In this document: piece by piece, positions 24,521 to 36,463 of the stretch | Layout of the letters: each line of letters begins with the position of its first letter | Position numbering within the stretch: position 1 is the stretch's first letter | Assembly (NCBI GenBank): GCA_002633005.1 | Contig: NMRA01000480.1 | Coordinates: 254,172-318,171, forward strand | Source of the DNA: Phoronis australis | Taxonomy: Eukaryota > Animalia > Phoronida | Length of the DNA: 64,000 nt | Reading direction: 5' to 3' | The notes under the pieces: generated by a model | What the model was told of the DNA's origin: nothing | The model's input: the letters and a program-made list of their open reading frames with translations, nothing else | Database searches by the model: none | Program-made: the position numbers and the translations under genes

Positions 24521-25404
24521 TTAAGTGGCCTAATTTTCAGCCACAAGATACGAAACAAAAAGTAAGTATGAATGTCAACAGTCGGAATGGTTTTGATTAC
24601 AATGTTTGTGTTTCTAAAAGATCAGGTAGGTGGAACCCAAACATGAATTATCACGTGTCGTAGTTACTGTGTCCCGTTCATTTACAATAAAGTCCTGGAA
24701 AAATGTCATGGCTTTATTTCCGAGCATGTTTTTATATTTGAGTTTAACCTGATATTTGCCTACCTGCATGAGGCTATGGCCTTCTATTCGGGAGCCTTGT
24801 ACTTTTAAATATTCCATGAAACCTTATTTTGACTAGGGATACTATGCTTGCCATTTCAACCTTACAGGACGTGCCGATTGGTTTCATCAATATTTTATAC
24901 CTAGTCAATATATTGCAATTTTGGCAGTGTTTTATCATTGTGGTTATGGCCCATTGCAGGAAACGCAAGGAAAAAACGACAGGCTTTATATCCGACGAAA
25001 CAGATGACCTTTACTCGCATACCTTTCAGGTTGCCTGTTTCCAGCATAATGCTGTCGTCCCAGGTGTAGATGACTGGGTCAAAAATAGCTACTCATCAGA
25101 CAAGTTGGTCAAATGAACCGATTTTTATTATTCACCGACATACGACGGGTTTCAAACTATCTCACTGCTCAATAGATTTGAGGCAACAACCTTGTCAGCA
25201 TATATTTTTACTATTCACCCGACCCATGTTTCAGCCATGTCGTTGGTCAATAGTTGTGACTGAAGGTTATCTCAAACCTTATTTAGTGGCCTCCATTCTA
25301 ACTCGTATATCAAAAATAAGAGGCTTTTTCAACTTGTAGTTGTATATATTTCCGAAAGAAAAAGATGAAGGATTATAAAATTATGGTTTATATTTATGTG
25401 TCAT

Positions 25405-25418
25405 TATTATTATTGTTA

Positions 25419-25452
<34 letters not shown>
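25405..25452. repeat. (TTA)n microsatellite
   Basis: Read directly from the sequence. Confidence 0.9.
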
Positions 25453-27816
25453 ATTAATAAATTTTAAAGGCAAAATTACATTTTTAAGAAAGGTACATTC
25501 ATACCAAAATAACCCCTCGGTCGATATTTAATGAAACATTTTTAAATGAAAACTTCCCCTTTTACATGCACCTCAAAAACGCTGTAAGAAATTTTCGATT
25601 AGTCTTTTACTTTGGTTGTTGTAAAAAATCATCTCAAAAACTTAAGATATTTTATAACAGTCATATTCGTCTTTGTTACATCACGCAAAACCAGGCCTTT
25701 ACATAAGAAGTCCTAACAGAGCGTTTGAAATTGATTAATGAAGTAAGTTTGGGAAGCTTCAGCGTAATCCACCGAGCTGTTTTCGAGAATTCGTGTTCCT
25801 AAGTTCAAGTTAAGTTAAATTTTGTGACCTTCTCCTGTCCGACAGGTGAGGTTAACTGTTGATCTACAACGCACCACGTGCCGGGAGACTGATATGAAAC
25901 CGTAGAACTTTAGTCCTGGAATGCCAACTCCCGTACATGACCTATGAATTCTATTATTACAATCACTCTCCTCTTCTTGGCTTCAACAAGGTTGCGTACG
26001 TCATAACAATCGGAACTAGTTTCATTTCGTTTTTCATATTTCACTAGCAAACCCAATTTGCTGCGAAGCTGTAATCATCTCCCGAGAGATATCGCAAAAA
26101 ATCAGTAGGAAATAGGCGCGTGCGCCTCTCACGAGCACATTGTTTTCAAAACGACAACAGACTTTTCTTTGTCACAAAAGGCGGAGCATTGCACAAAAAT
26201 AACGTTTATTTGTTTGTGTCTTTCACTTAAACGGCCGTAATGGGCAAGATGAGAGTCGGTAGATTCCGGCCAGATTCTGCATGCACTCCCGCCGTTGTTG
26301 GCTCTACAAGTGGATATAAGTTTCACGACGAGGTGACGAGCTGAGCTACCCGGATTGGGTGAAGTTTCGGTGTTTAGCGGAGCTCAACACACAGATCCTT
26401 GCTGTAGAGTTGACGATAATCTTCAAACAGCTGAGCTAGCTTTCTACCTGTATGTACACTTTTACGTGGCTTTTGTAAATACATTACATACTTTGTGTAC
26501 AATGGCAGATTTTTAAGTGGGTCCTTAGTTTTCACTTTAAAGAATAGCTGTGCACTATGTTAGAGCACGGTCAAATGTTCTGGAAAGAAAAATTATTTGC
26601 ACTGCCCATGGGCCGCACACCCTGGCCTAAATCTGACAGAGAAGCTTTAAAATAAAACGGTCTCACAAAGAAAAATTCCTGCCTCTTGCTATGAACACTA
26701 ATGTTCACTTAAAAGTGTATCTATTTCACCTCCGTCGTCATTTCCCATACACTAGCTGCTACCCGTGGTTAAGCACGAGTAACGGCTAGTAATATATACC
26801 GATGTATAATTTTGGATGAATGCCTCACAAAATTATTCACATCAAGTGTGACGGATCCATACTCTAAAACCTTTGTCTTTACAGGGTAGAAATCTTTCGA
26901 ATCCTTAAATACATTTCCCGTATGACTTAACTAGTTATGTATGTAACCTCTCTGGTTCATTTCCTTTTTATGTTACTATTACACGCTGTTATTTTTCACA
27001 TTTTGGTAACACTCTTGGTTTTTAGAATAAAAAATATTTTAACCAGTCAGGTATGCGAATTGATAATTAAATAATTATCTTTTGCTTCTGCAAAAATCAT
27101 CAATACCTGGCAAAGAGCTTTCTAATGATATTGATCTTATGCAATTCGATGAAAAACGAGTTGCGAGAAGTTTTAATGACAGTAAATTCCATGGCAAGTA
27201 AATACAGCGGAAAAAACGAATGCAAACAACTCTCACGCAAGCACGGCGCAACCTCAGCGACCGCGAGACCGAAGTTGGCATTAGACGGCTAAAAGAGTTC
27301 TATGTATGAAACCAAGTACGAAATAGACAGCAGAAATCGAGTCGGTGGTTAAAGCGCGTCGTGAGCATGAGATCGAAACGGCGAATTGCCAAATTAGATA
27401 TAAAATATATAAATTTGGTGAGGATTTATCCCTTTTCACAACTTGGTGTGTTCGTGAATACAAGGTCCGACATAGAGGCACATTCGAAACTAGGTGCTGT
27501 CTTCGTTTTCCCAGCAACTTTCTATCATATGTGCTCCTAGTTGACTAACTATTATGACACTTCGGTGAATGAAAGTACTGAAGGTACATAAAGAGCTGCT
27601 CTATTCCTGGCGAGTGATTCAATTTGAGTGACAACCCTGTAACTTTTTTCTCACTGCATGGTATTTATTTCATATTCGATTTTCCCTTGTTGACTACAAA
27701 GTTATACATTCCTTTCTTCAGTTCAGGAAAAAACGATCAACAACAACCCGCACTTTGGAACACAGAACATACATGTAGAAGTACCACTGTAATCAAGTGT
27801 AAACATACCACAGAAA

Positions 27817-27903
27817 AATTAGAGTGATCAAACGCAAAATTGGCGTAATCAAACGCAAACTTAGTGTGAGCAAACGCAACATTAGTGTGATCAAACGCAA
27901 ATT
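27817..27903. repeat. ~21-bp tandem repeat x4
   Basis: attagtgtgatcaaacgcaa-like units. Confidence 0.8.
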
Positions 27904-28380
27904 ACCATACAACTATCACTGTAGTCAAGTGTAAACATTTTCGTGCTTGAGCAATTTTTAAAAACTGATACTGCCACCTTGTAGAAGTGGGAATAATGGC
28001 AAGGTTGCAGTTAACCCTGCATCTGCTCTAGCTTGCATATGTCAATTGTATACCACTCAATTGGGCGATTAGCTCGTGTTTTAAACAAAATAAAACAATT
28101 TACACTTCGTTTTGCTCAGCTCGACCTGGCATTAAGAGCTACTAAATTGCTTCACATGTTTCGCACACTTTCCAATTAGTTGACGATACGTCTCATACTA
28201 CAGCCACTTGAACACTTCAAATTGGCCAATCTTAATCCACAACATCTGTATTAGGCCATTGACTGTTTCTGCAATGTGCTAAAAGCAACATGTTTAGATG
28301 ATGAAAGACATGTCTATCGTACACTCGCTGAGACTGGTTTAATTTGTTACCGTAAACATTCGGGTGAATTCCCCGAGCAC

Positions 28381-31300
28381 GGAGAATGCCACCCGATTTA
28401 CTTGTTTACCGTCTTAATCAGTCTATATCCACATCGTATCTTATACTGTCGGCCTCACCTTGCCGAGAGGTATCATGTTAACCTGTGAGGAAGGTGAGAA
28501 ACGACGCAGCGACGTCAGTGGTTCGTCTGCAGAGTAAATGCCGCTACATTGCCCTGCATCGTTCCCGCATGTCCAAAATATGAAGCTGCGAAGAAAGCGG
28601 GTATATCGTTTTTTCGACTTCCTCGAGAGCCCGAAATGCTTAGGAAAGGCTCGCGGTAGTGAAGAATGAAAGGTACGCTGTTAATAGCAAGTATGAGGCC
28701 GTGAAACATCTCCGTGTCTGTGGCCGGCATTTCGTCGACAGTGGTTTCTCTGACGAATTCCGGCTTACTAAAGAACTATCTTTACGTTCCGTTGCCTGTG
28801 CATGTTCACGGCGCCTCTCTAGACGGTATTTCGTGATCAGTGTATTCCGGTTCGAACTGATAGCCTGTGAAACCTAACGAAGTATTCTCATCCTAACCAA
28901 TGCTCATATAAATCTGAAACAAAGTCTGTCTCATTAGATACAATTTGTAATGCCTTGGGAATCTTTATTTAGAAATAAAAAATACAATATTCAACTTATT
29001 GTTACTGCACAACCTTTGCCCTGACGGTCTGTGGAAGGGGAACCCGGCTTCGCGGCCCCCGACAAGTAAGTAAATTATTCGTGGCTAATTCACATAAATA
29101 ATTACGTGCAAATTATTTCTTTGGCTCACTGTTATAGTCTTTTCGTGGCTGGAAGTTTAGTTTCCAACTCAATGTGGTTTATCTTCGTGCCAGTCCCGGC
29201 GGCCGCGACGGCCCTGATCGGGTTCCGAGCCACTAGCCGGGATAACGAGTCAGTCCGGCCGCAACGGACATGATCGGGTTCCGAGCCGCTGGCCGGGAAA
29301 ACAAGCGTTTTGTGTGTTTAGAACTCAAACAATCACAAGTCTAAACAACACAGGTCTAGGTTTTCCTGTCTGTATTTCACGGAACTATACTCCGAATGTA
29401 TCTCCGAACAGACCCCAAACTCCTGCTACGGACCTTGTTAAAGGAGCATGCCACCCAAAAAACAACCTAATTTGTTTCAATTTAGATCGAGTAGTTCTAC
29501 TCCATAACGACAAGTGCGGTTGCGTTACCTGACACCTGACGGCAGACGTGGGTGTTGAAGTTATCCAATTACGTCATATGTTTCACACGCATTCTGTACA
29601 GCAGTTCATAACATTGGTTACTGGTGTCAGCTTATCGCTTGGAATCATCGTTTAGCACCAATAAATCATCAAACTTCGATGTAAAACCTTTGAAAATACA
29701 CCGAGTTCTTACAAAAACGTGTTGCTTTATTTCGCTCTTAGGGATTTATTGGTATCTGGACACACCGTAGCCTACAAAGCTCGGCAGGCCAATAACAGGT
29801 CTGTAGCAGGAGTTTGGGGTGTGCTCGGAGATAATTTCGAAGTATTATCCGTGAGATACAGACAGGAGAACCTACATCTGTGTTGTTTAGACTTGTGATT
29901 TTCTGAGTTCTAAACACAAAACGCTTGTTATCCTGGCCAGTGGCTCGGAGCACGATCAGGCCCGTCGCGGCCGGCCGGATTGACTCGTTATCCCGGCCAG
30001 TGGCTCGGAAACTGATCAGACATCACGAACAAACCAGCCAAACTTCAGTGGAAACTAAACTTCCAGTCAAGAAAATACTATACTAGTGAGCCAAAGTAAT
30101 GTGCACGTGATTGTGTTGGTGAATTAGCCACAAAACTGCAAATCTACTTGCTCGGCCGGCGGCCGCGAATTTAGTTCCGCTTTGGCCACAGCACCGTCAG
30201 GGCAGAGGTTGTACAGTGACAATCATTGTTTGAGTAATGTAAATGTAAATAAAGATTCCCCTAACACCTGGTCGTGGGGTGGAAATCGGGTTGTTTCACA
30301 ACAGTTTCTGCCAGCAAACACTAAATTAGCATGAGCTCACACGGCCTCGCGGTGTCCCGTCAATTAGTTTTATTGCACCTAAAGCCGGTAACGCAGTGAT
30401 TTATTCATTGCTGGCTTCTCAAATCATTTCGTGCACTCACGAACACTCGAAAGGCATTACAAATTGCATCTAATGAGACAGACTTTGTTTCAGTTTTATA
30501 AAAGTATTGGTTAGGGTGAGAATAATTCATTTTGAAACAGAACGCTCAGTAGTAATAAACGCCAACATGGTAACTCGCAATCCCGACTTAGAACGAGCTA
30601 GAGCGGCTCATCAATCCCGACTTCGCAGGTGGATCATTAAGTCTTACAGGCTATCAATTCGAACAGGAATACAGTGATGAAGAAAAACTAGAGAGGCGCC
30701 GTGAACAAGCTCAGACAACGGAACGTATGGAGTTATTTGGTAAGCCGGCATTCGTGAGGCACTGTCGACGTCGTCTGCAGGCCACAGACACGGAGATGTT
30801 TCACGGCCTCATACTTGCTATTTACAGCGTACATTTCACTCTTCACTACCATGAGCCACTTCCTAAGCATTTTTGACTCTCGAGGAAGTAAAAAAAAACA
30901 CGATATACTCGCTTTCCTTGCGGCTACTTAGTTCGGACAAGCGGGAACGATACACCGCAACATAGCGGCATTCACTCTTCATATGAACCACTGACGTCGC
31001 TAGCGTCGTTTCTCACCTTCCTCACAGGTTAACGCGACACCTCTTGGCAAGGTAAGGTCGACCGTATGCGAGGCGATGTGGAAATAGACCGCAAAAAAGA
31101 CTAATTAAATCGGGTGGCATTCGCCTTTAAATTGTCCTGCCGAACTTTGTAGGCTACGGTGTGTCGAAAAAAATCCGTAACAGCGAAATAAAACAACACG
31201 TTTTTATAAGAACTCTGTGTATTTTTAAGGGTTTTTCATCGAATTTTGATGATTTATTGGTGTTAAACGATGAATTCAAGCGATAAGCTGACACCAGTAA

Positions 31301-31477
31301 CCTGTGTTTTGAACTGCTGAACAGACTGCGTTTGAAACCAATGACGTCATTAGATAATTTCAACACCTCGGTTTGCCGACAGGTGTCAGGTAACGCAACC
31401 GAACGTGCCGCTTTCGAGTAGAACTAATCGATCTAAATTGATACAAAATAGGTTGTTTTTTTGGGTGGCATTCTCCT
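28381..31477 (+). mobile_element. Kolobok-type element, copy B (28381-29437 plus 31131-31477), split by copy C
   Basis: Left end GGAGAATGCCACCC, right end GGGTGGCATTCTCCT|TTAA. THAP CIVPACPKY..ISFFRLPREPEMLRK..LRVCGRHF. The sequence is continuous across the TTAA that flanks copy C. Confidence 0.88.
29442..31126 (-). mobile_element. Kolobok-type element, copy C, nested and inverted inside copy B
   Basis: TTAA(29438-41)|AGGAGCATGCCACCC ... GGGTGGCATTCGCCT|TTAA(31127-30). Confidence 0.9.
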
Positions 31478-31488
31478 TTAACAACAAT

Positions 31489-31538
31489 ATCATCTTCATC
31501 ATCCCCACTGTCATCATCATCATCATCATCATAATCAC

Positions 31539-31585
<47 letters not shown>

Positions 31586-31781
31586 CCACCATCACCACCA
31601 TTATCGCCATCACCATCATCATCNTCACCATAATCACCATCACCACCATCATCGCCATCATCACCACCATCATCATCATCACCATCATCATTATCATCAT
31701 CATCACCATCATTGTGTCATCATTATTGTCACCCTCACTATCATCAGCATCAACAAATTTATTATTATCACCATCATCATC
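31489..31781. repeat. (ATC/ACC)n microsatellite
   Basis: Read directly; explains the poly-Met and poly-Ile ORFs. Confidence 0.95.
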
Positions 31782-31851
31782 GTGTTTCATTAAATTTCAA
31801 CACGTTTGAGTTTGCAAGGGTGTGCTTTTTAGTTTCTTTTCTCATTCAACT

Positions 31852-31990
31852 CGGCTACACCCACGTGTTGGCTAGCCCCACGTGTTGGCAACCCCCCACA
31901 TGTTGGCTACCCTCACGTGTTGGCTACCCCCACGTATTGGCTAACCCCACACGTTGGCTACCCCCAGGTGTTGACTACCATCACGTGTTT
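31852..31990. repeat. ~18-bp minisatellite
   Basis: tggctacccccacgtgt-like units, about seven copies. Confidence 0.85.
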
Positions 31991-33483
31991 GTTGATTTGC
32001 AGTGAGCAGACGACTGATACGCAACATGACAACATTTAAAACAAGATCAAAGGTGAGTTCAAGAAATGCCGAACTCCTTTAATATAGCAACTTTATAATC
32101 AGCACAGAGTGGACAAACACATGAGAATGTTCTCTATGAACTAAATTTTTTTCGCTTTCGATCCCAACCGCCTATAGCGATAGTGAAGTGATTACAGACA
32201 CATCCAAGACAGCGAAGGAATCGATTTATTCCAATCCACCCACTAAGCTTTCGTTAAGAGCTACTTGATTTAGTTTGCACAAGAAAATATCTTCTTTTAT
32301 CCCTCCAATGAGCTATATACACATTAGCTCATTAAACCCTCGAAGACGAAATGTAATTGGGAGGCAATCAAGATTTACTCTTAGCTACAGGTAAATGCAA
32401 GGGTCAAGGGTCAATACAGCGAGTGAATCGAAGTAAGACAGTGAAGATTGTGATTGACCATCGCCACACGTAGCATGTTAACGTGCACTTCAGGCATATA
32501 CAACACTTTCAACTTTGGTCCTGTAGTTGGCATGCACGCAAACGATTACAAATGGTCGTAGACCACAGAAACCTAAGGACCAATAAACGTATGGGATCTA
32601 CCTCTGTATATTTTACCAAAAGGAACCAGAATACAGAGTGCATTCGCAACATGTTAAGCTGTCTCCAAGTTTCAAAAAAAGAATCCGAATTGGTTTGTAT
32701 ACATGAAAACTAAAGGGATAACTTGGTTTCAGGGCCGAGACGCATTTCAAATTGATTAGCTTTAACCGAAAACACGACCCGACCGGTGCTGTGTGTGATT
32801 TTCAGTAATAATAAATTGTCAATTCCGGACCGTCGTAGCTTCTCTCTAAAATGGAGGCCGGAGAATATAACACCTGCGCTCAAATGTTTTGGTATTTACC
32901 TGTTGGATTTAAGTGTCGGCGATAAAGGTTAGGACTGATACTACCGAGGTCGGGACTTTCAACCTGTACGGGACTGTTCTTGATAAATGAGTTTTCTCGA
33001 TGATTGCCTCACTTATCATTTATCAATGAGCTTCTCCTTATGTATCTAGTTAAAAATAACTTTGAGTAATTTAATGAATGCATATCAGCCTGAGAGTGCT
33101 GGTCTCTAGTATAAATAATATACGACTGCTTTCCGTCATAGACGACTAACTTTTGATCGGATTTAGAGCAGCGGCCGTTATGAATCTGGTCATAAACTGC
33201 TTCTCCGTCATGATTTTGAGGTGACTTCCGACCTATGAAATTATTCCAAACATAGAAATCACTCCTCATGAGTTAGAAACAAGTCGTTACTTTCTTTGAC
33301 AGGACACGGGTTTGCACAAAGGAGAAGTTTTCAATATTTGTTTTCTCAATCCATGTGGCTGTACGGAAAATTTAATGCAACAAAGGTTGCATCTTCGGAG
33401 GCATTACTTTATTCATGTGCTTTTTGAAAGTGTGGCGTGTCCATGACAATTTCAGACAATTGTTTGAGACGACAACGGAGGCG

Positions 33484-33651
33484 CTGGCGAGTTCAGCCTC
33501 CCGTTCAGTAAGGCTAGGACCTCGCTAAAAGGCAAGACTTCGCGAGACTACGTGAGATATTGCCGTGCACTTTAAATGAGAACACGTGACTTTGACTAGG
33601 TTTTAGCTAGGTCCTAGCGTAGGTCCTAGCGTCTACTGAACGCACGCCAGG
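33484..33651. mobile_element. Short MITE-like dispersed repeat
   Basis: CTGGCGAGTTCAG...CTGAACGCACGCCAG ends; an inverted homologous copy lies at ~45140-45245. Confidence 0.55.
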
Positions 33652-33795
33652 TTTCATTAGTAACTACACGTATTGCATGAAGATATCTCGAATGCAGTGA
33701 TGGTGGTTAAGAATGGATAAATACGATGACGAACACGAACAGAGAGATGACGACGATATGGTTGTCATGAACTCTATGTCTTAATAACTACTTAC

Positions 33796-34008
33796 AATGT
33801 CCAGAAGCTGGGATAGTCTTAAACCTATGTAGACCGGAAGTGTGTCCGTGTTGTTACCAACTGGTCTGACCATTGAATTGTATCCACTATTGATCAACAA
33901 GTCGTCAAACAGTCGTTTGGCATCCATGCTTCCATCTACTACCTTACATAACATGACGTAGGGGATGACGTAGGGCACGGCGAATATCACTAAGTTTCTC
34001 CACATCAT
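33796..34008 (-). CDS. Nicotinic acetylcholine receptor alpha-like subunit, first coding exon (signal peptide and N-terminal helix)
   Basis: Translates [71 protein letters not shown]. This matches the invertebrate nAChR alpha N-terminus (DAKRLYDDLL..YN.LIRPV.N....L.V..GLRLSQL.DV). It ends at a phase-0 GTAAGT donor (33795-33790). An upstream TTTTTCAG acceptor puts the exon start at 34031, implying a further 5'UTR exon. Confidence 0.95.
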
Positions 34009-35947
34009 TTCGTTTTGAACTTAGTCGATTCCTGAAAAATAGACCGTGAGATCATTTTGGGTATGTTATGAAGCAAGATTTACATAGTTGTATTATGAAG
34101 CATAGTTATAAATCAACCACAGGTTTAGAGGGATAGTCGATGGGATACGTTAGAACTTGGGTACTAGTAATAGGTGATCTTGTCCAATACAACCAGATGA
34201 TTGACGAAAATCCAAGTCTGGGCGTCTCTTGGTGGTTTCAGCACAGATTTTGCGAATCACAGTATCTTTTGTTGATGGCATATTTACTCGACGCCTTCCA
34301 TGATAGGCGCAATTCTCAATACGTTCGGTAGTATCGCAGATGATTAGCACGTCGGCACTGGCTTCTGGTATTTTTCAACAGTAATCAGTCTTTTCAACCG
34401 TTGCACTTGTTTAACCCTTGTCACTCTGAAATCAATGAATCGCCCTTTAGGTCTTAACTACAAGTCAGGTCAAGTGTCGGACAACACACGAAGCCAGGCG
34501 TGCAGTATCTTGTTACATCACAACGTAACAATATTTATTTCGGTTCATCTGGACCTATGAAACGACGATAACCAACACCGCGAATTCCGCGCGTTGGCAT
34601 GTCTGGAGCGCATGTCTTGGGACGTCTGTCGGGTACACATGGTACGGGAGGGGAAGGAATGGTATTGTGAATCGATTTGTTGTTTTATTTAACAACATGT
34701 ACTTATGCATGTGTCAAAACACGAATTTAGGTGGCATGCATCGATTCAGTCTTTCCTTGTGGTTGCAACAACCGTAAGCCAGAAAGCCATTTCTTAACAG
34801 ATGAGGTAGTATATTGATGCATTTCTCAATATCAGTTATTCATACTGTGTGAATACAGAAATAAAGAATACAGAAAAAAGTCACGAACAGTAGAAAAATG
34901 CACCCCCGCAAAGGCAAAACTACAACTTCCCGATTCACATTTCTTGAACATATCGCAATTAAGCACCGATTTTCCTGAACAACTGACCACAAATTATATC
35001 CACATATACACTTCCTCCATAAGTCATGCCAGTTTGTTTTCATAAAGTGCTACCTGTTGAGAATTCGACCAGCCAATCAGAAATTCCGGTGTAAAAAATA
35101 TCCCGAGGAAAATTAAATGAGTGAACCTGCGTGTCCTATACCCCTACTAGAGAACACGCAGGGAACCAGCGAAGTAATCACTCAGGCAACCTTCGCGAGA
35201 TCCTTGCACTTAGGGAACTCAACCAGGTGTTGTGATTGTAGTCCGTTAGCCGTTTATCCGCGGATGTTAATCCGTCAGCCATGCCATTTGAGTGCGTAAG
35301 CCATGTTTCATTGTGAGACCGAGCACGAGTTCACACTCCCTTGAGGGATGTTTAAAAGTGACGAACTATGTTAGTCGTGTGTGCGAGGGTTTGACATCCT
35401 CTATATGTGCCTAGGGTGCCATGAAATACTTGACTACTGAGCATGGCCATCCAGGAAAATCGATGTGTAGTATTGAACATCTGGCTGTTTTATGTCAGCT
35501 TTGCTCGCAAAAAGCTTGATCGGAGTAAATCGATGTCGTGGTTACTGTACCATCGTTCACTACACGAGCGATGACTATCTTGTGTTAAAGAACGGCACTT
35601 AGTGATGATTCTTCTCGACTTCTATCCCGAGGGTTTTTTGAAAAGTCGCTCGATATTTAGTACTTGAGAGCTGAGAATGGCGACGTGTTTAAACATGCTG
35701 AAATCTCGAAAGGTCAAAGGAACACGATAGGAATGTACTTTCATTTATTCCACTTACATCTACTTAACACCAGAGTTCACTTCCTCATCGTGTGTGCGCT
35801 TCAATGGTTTGATTCATTGTTCCAAGCACGCGTTGCATTGTTTAAATGCAATTCGTGCCTACTCAGTGTCAGCCCTGAAAACAATTAATGCGGTTCGCGG
35901 GAAAGACACTTGAGTCGCAGAAACTAAACTGTGGTTAATGAAATGTG

Positions 35948-36195
35948 AGCTGCGGCTCACATAATCAGTGGGTCCTGAGCTGTGCGGGAGACTTCACGCC
36001 ACGCATATAGCTGCGGCTCACATAATCAGTGAGTCCTGAGCTGTGCGGGAGACTTCACGCCACGCATATAGCTGCGGCTCACATAATCAGTGGGTCCTGA
36101 GCTGTGCGGGAGACTTCACGCCACGCATATAGCTGCGGCTCACATAATCAGTGGGTCCTGAGCTGTGCGGGAGACTTTTCACGCATATAGCTGCA
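35948..36195. repeat. 61-bp minisatellite x4
   Basis: agctgcggctcacataatcagtgggtcctgagctgtgcgggagacttcacgccacgcatat at 35948, 36009, 36070 and 36131. Confidence 0.95.
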
Positions 36196-36463
36196 CTTCT
36201 AAATGTAAACAGTTCCCAAGTTTAAGTTACACATTTTCATGTAATTTCCCAATGGATTGGCGACAAATGACAAAAATGATGATGCATAACAATTTTAAAT
36301 AAAATACTGTCGGGCATTTTAAGAGACACATAAAACAATCTAATCTATCAAAAATAATTATAACTAGCAGAAACAATAAGATTTTTCAAAATCACAACGG
36401 CCCGTAGTATTTGAACACATACCGCGGCCGTTTTGATGTATACTAAACATGTGATGGACTTAA

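Noticed and set aside
24600-25340. Decayed tyrosine recombinase (Crypton-like) on the minus strand
   Set aside because: Only scattered motifs (MGH, LFLTQS) in different frames; not supportable without a search.
26751-26790. Mini-Helitron end (ACTAG, hairpin, CTAGT)
   Set aside because: Only 40 bp with an imperfect stem; could be chance or a tiny remnant.
31386-31809. Poly-Met and poly-Ile ORFs
   Set aside because: Translations of an (ATC)n microsatellite.
35948-36195. Possible CRISPR array
   Set aside because: Head-to-tail near-identical 61-bp units without spacers.
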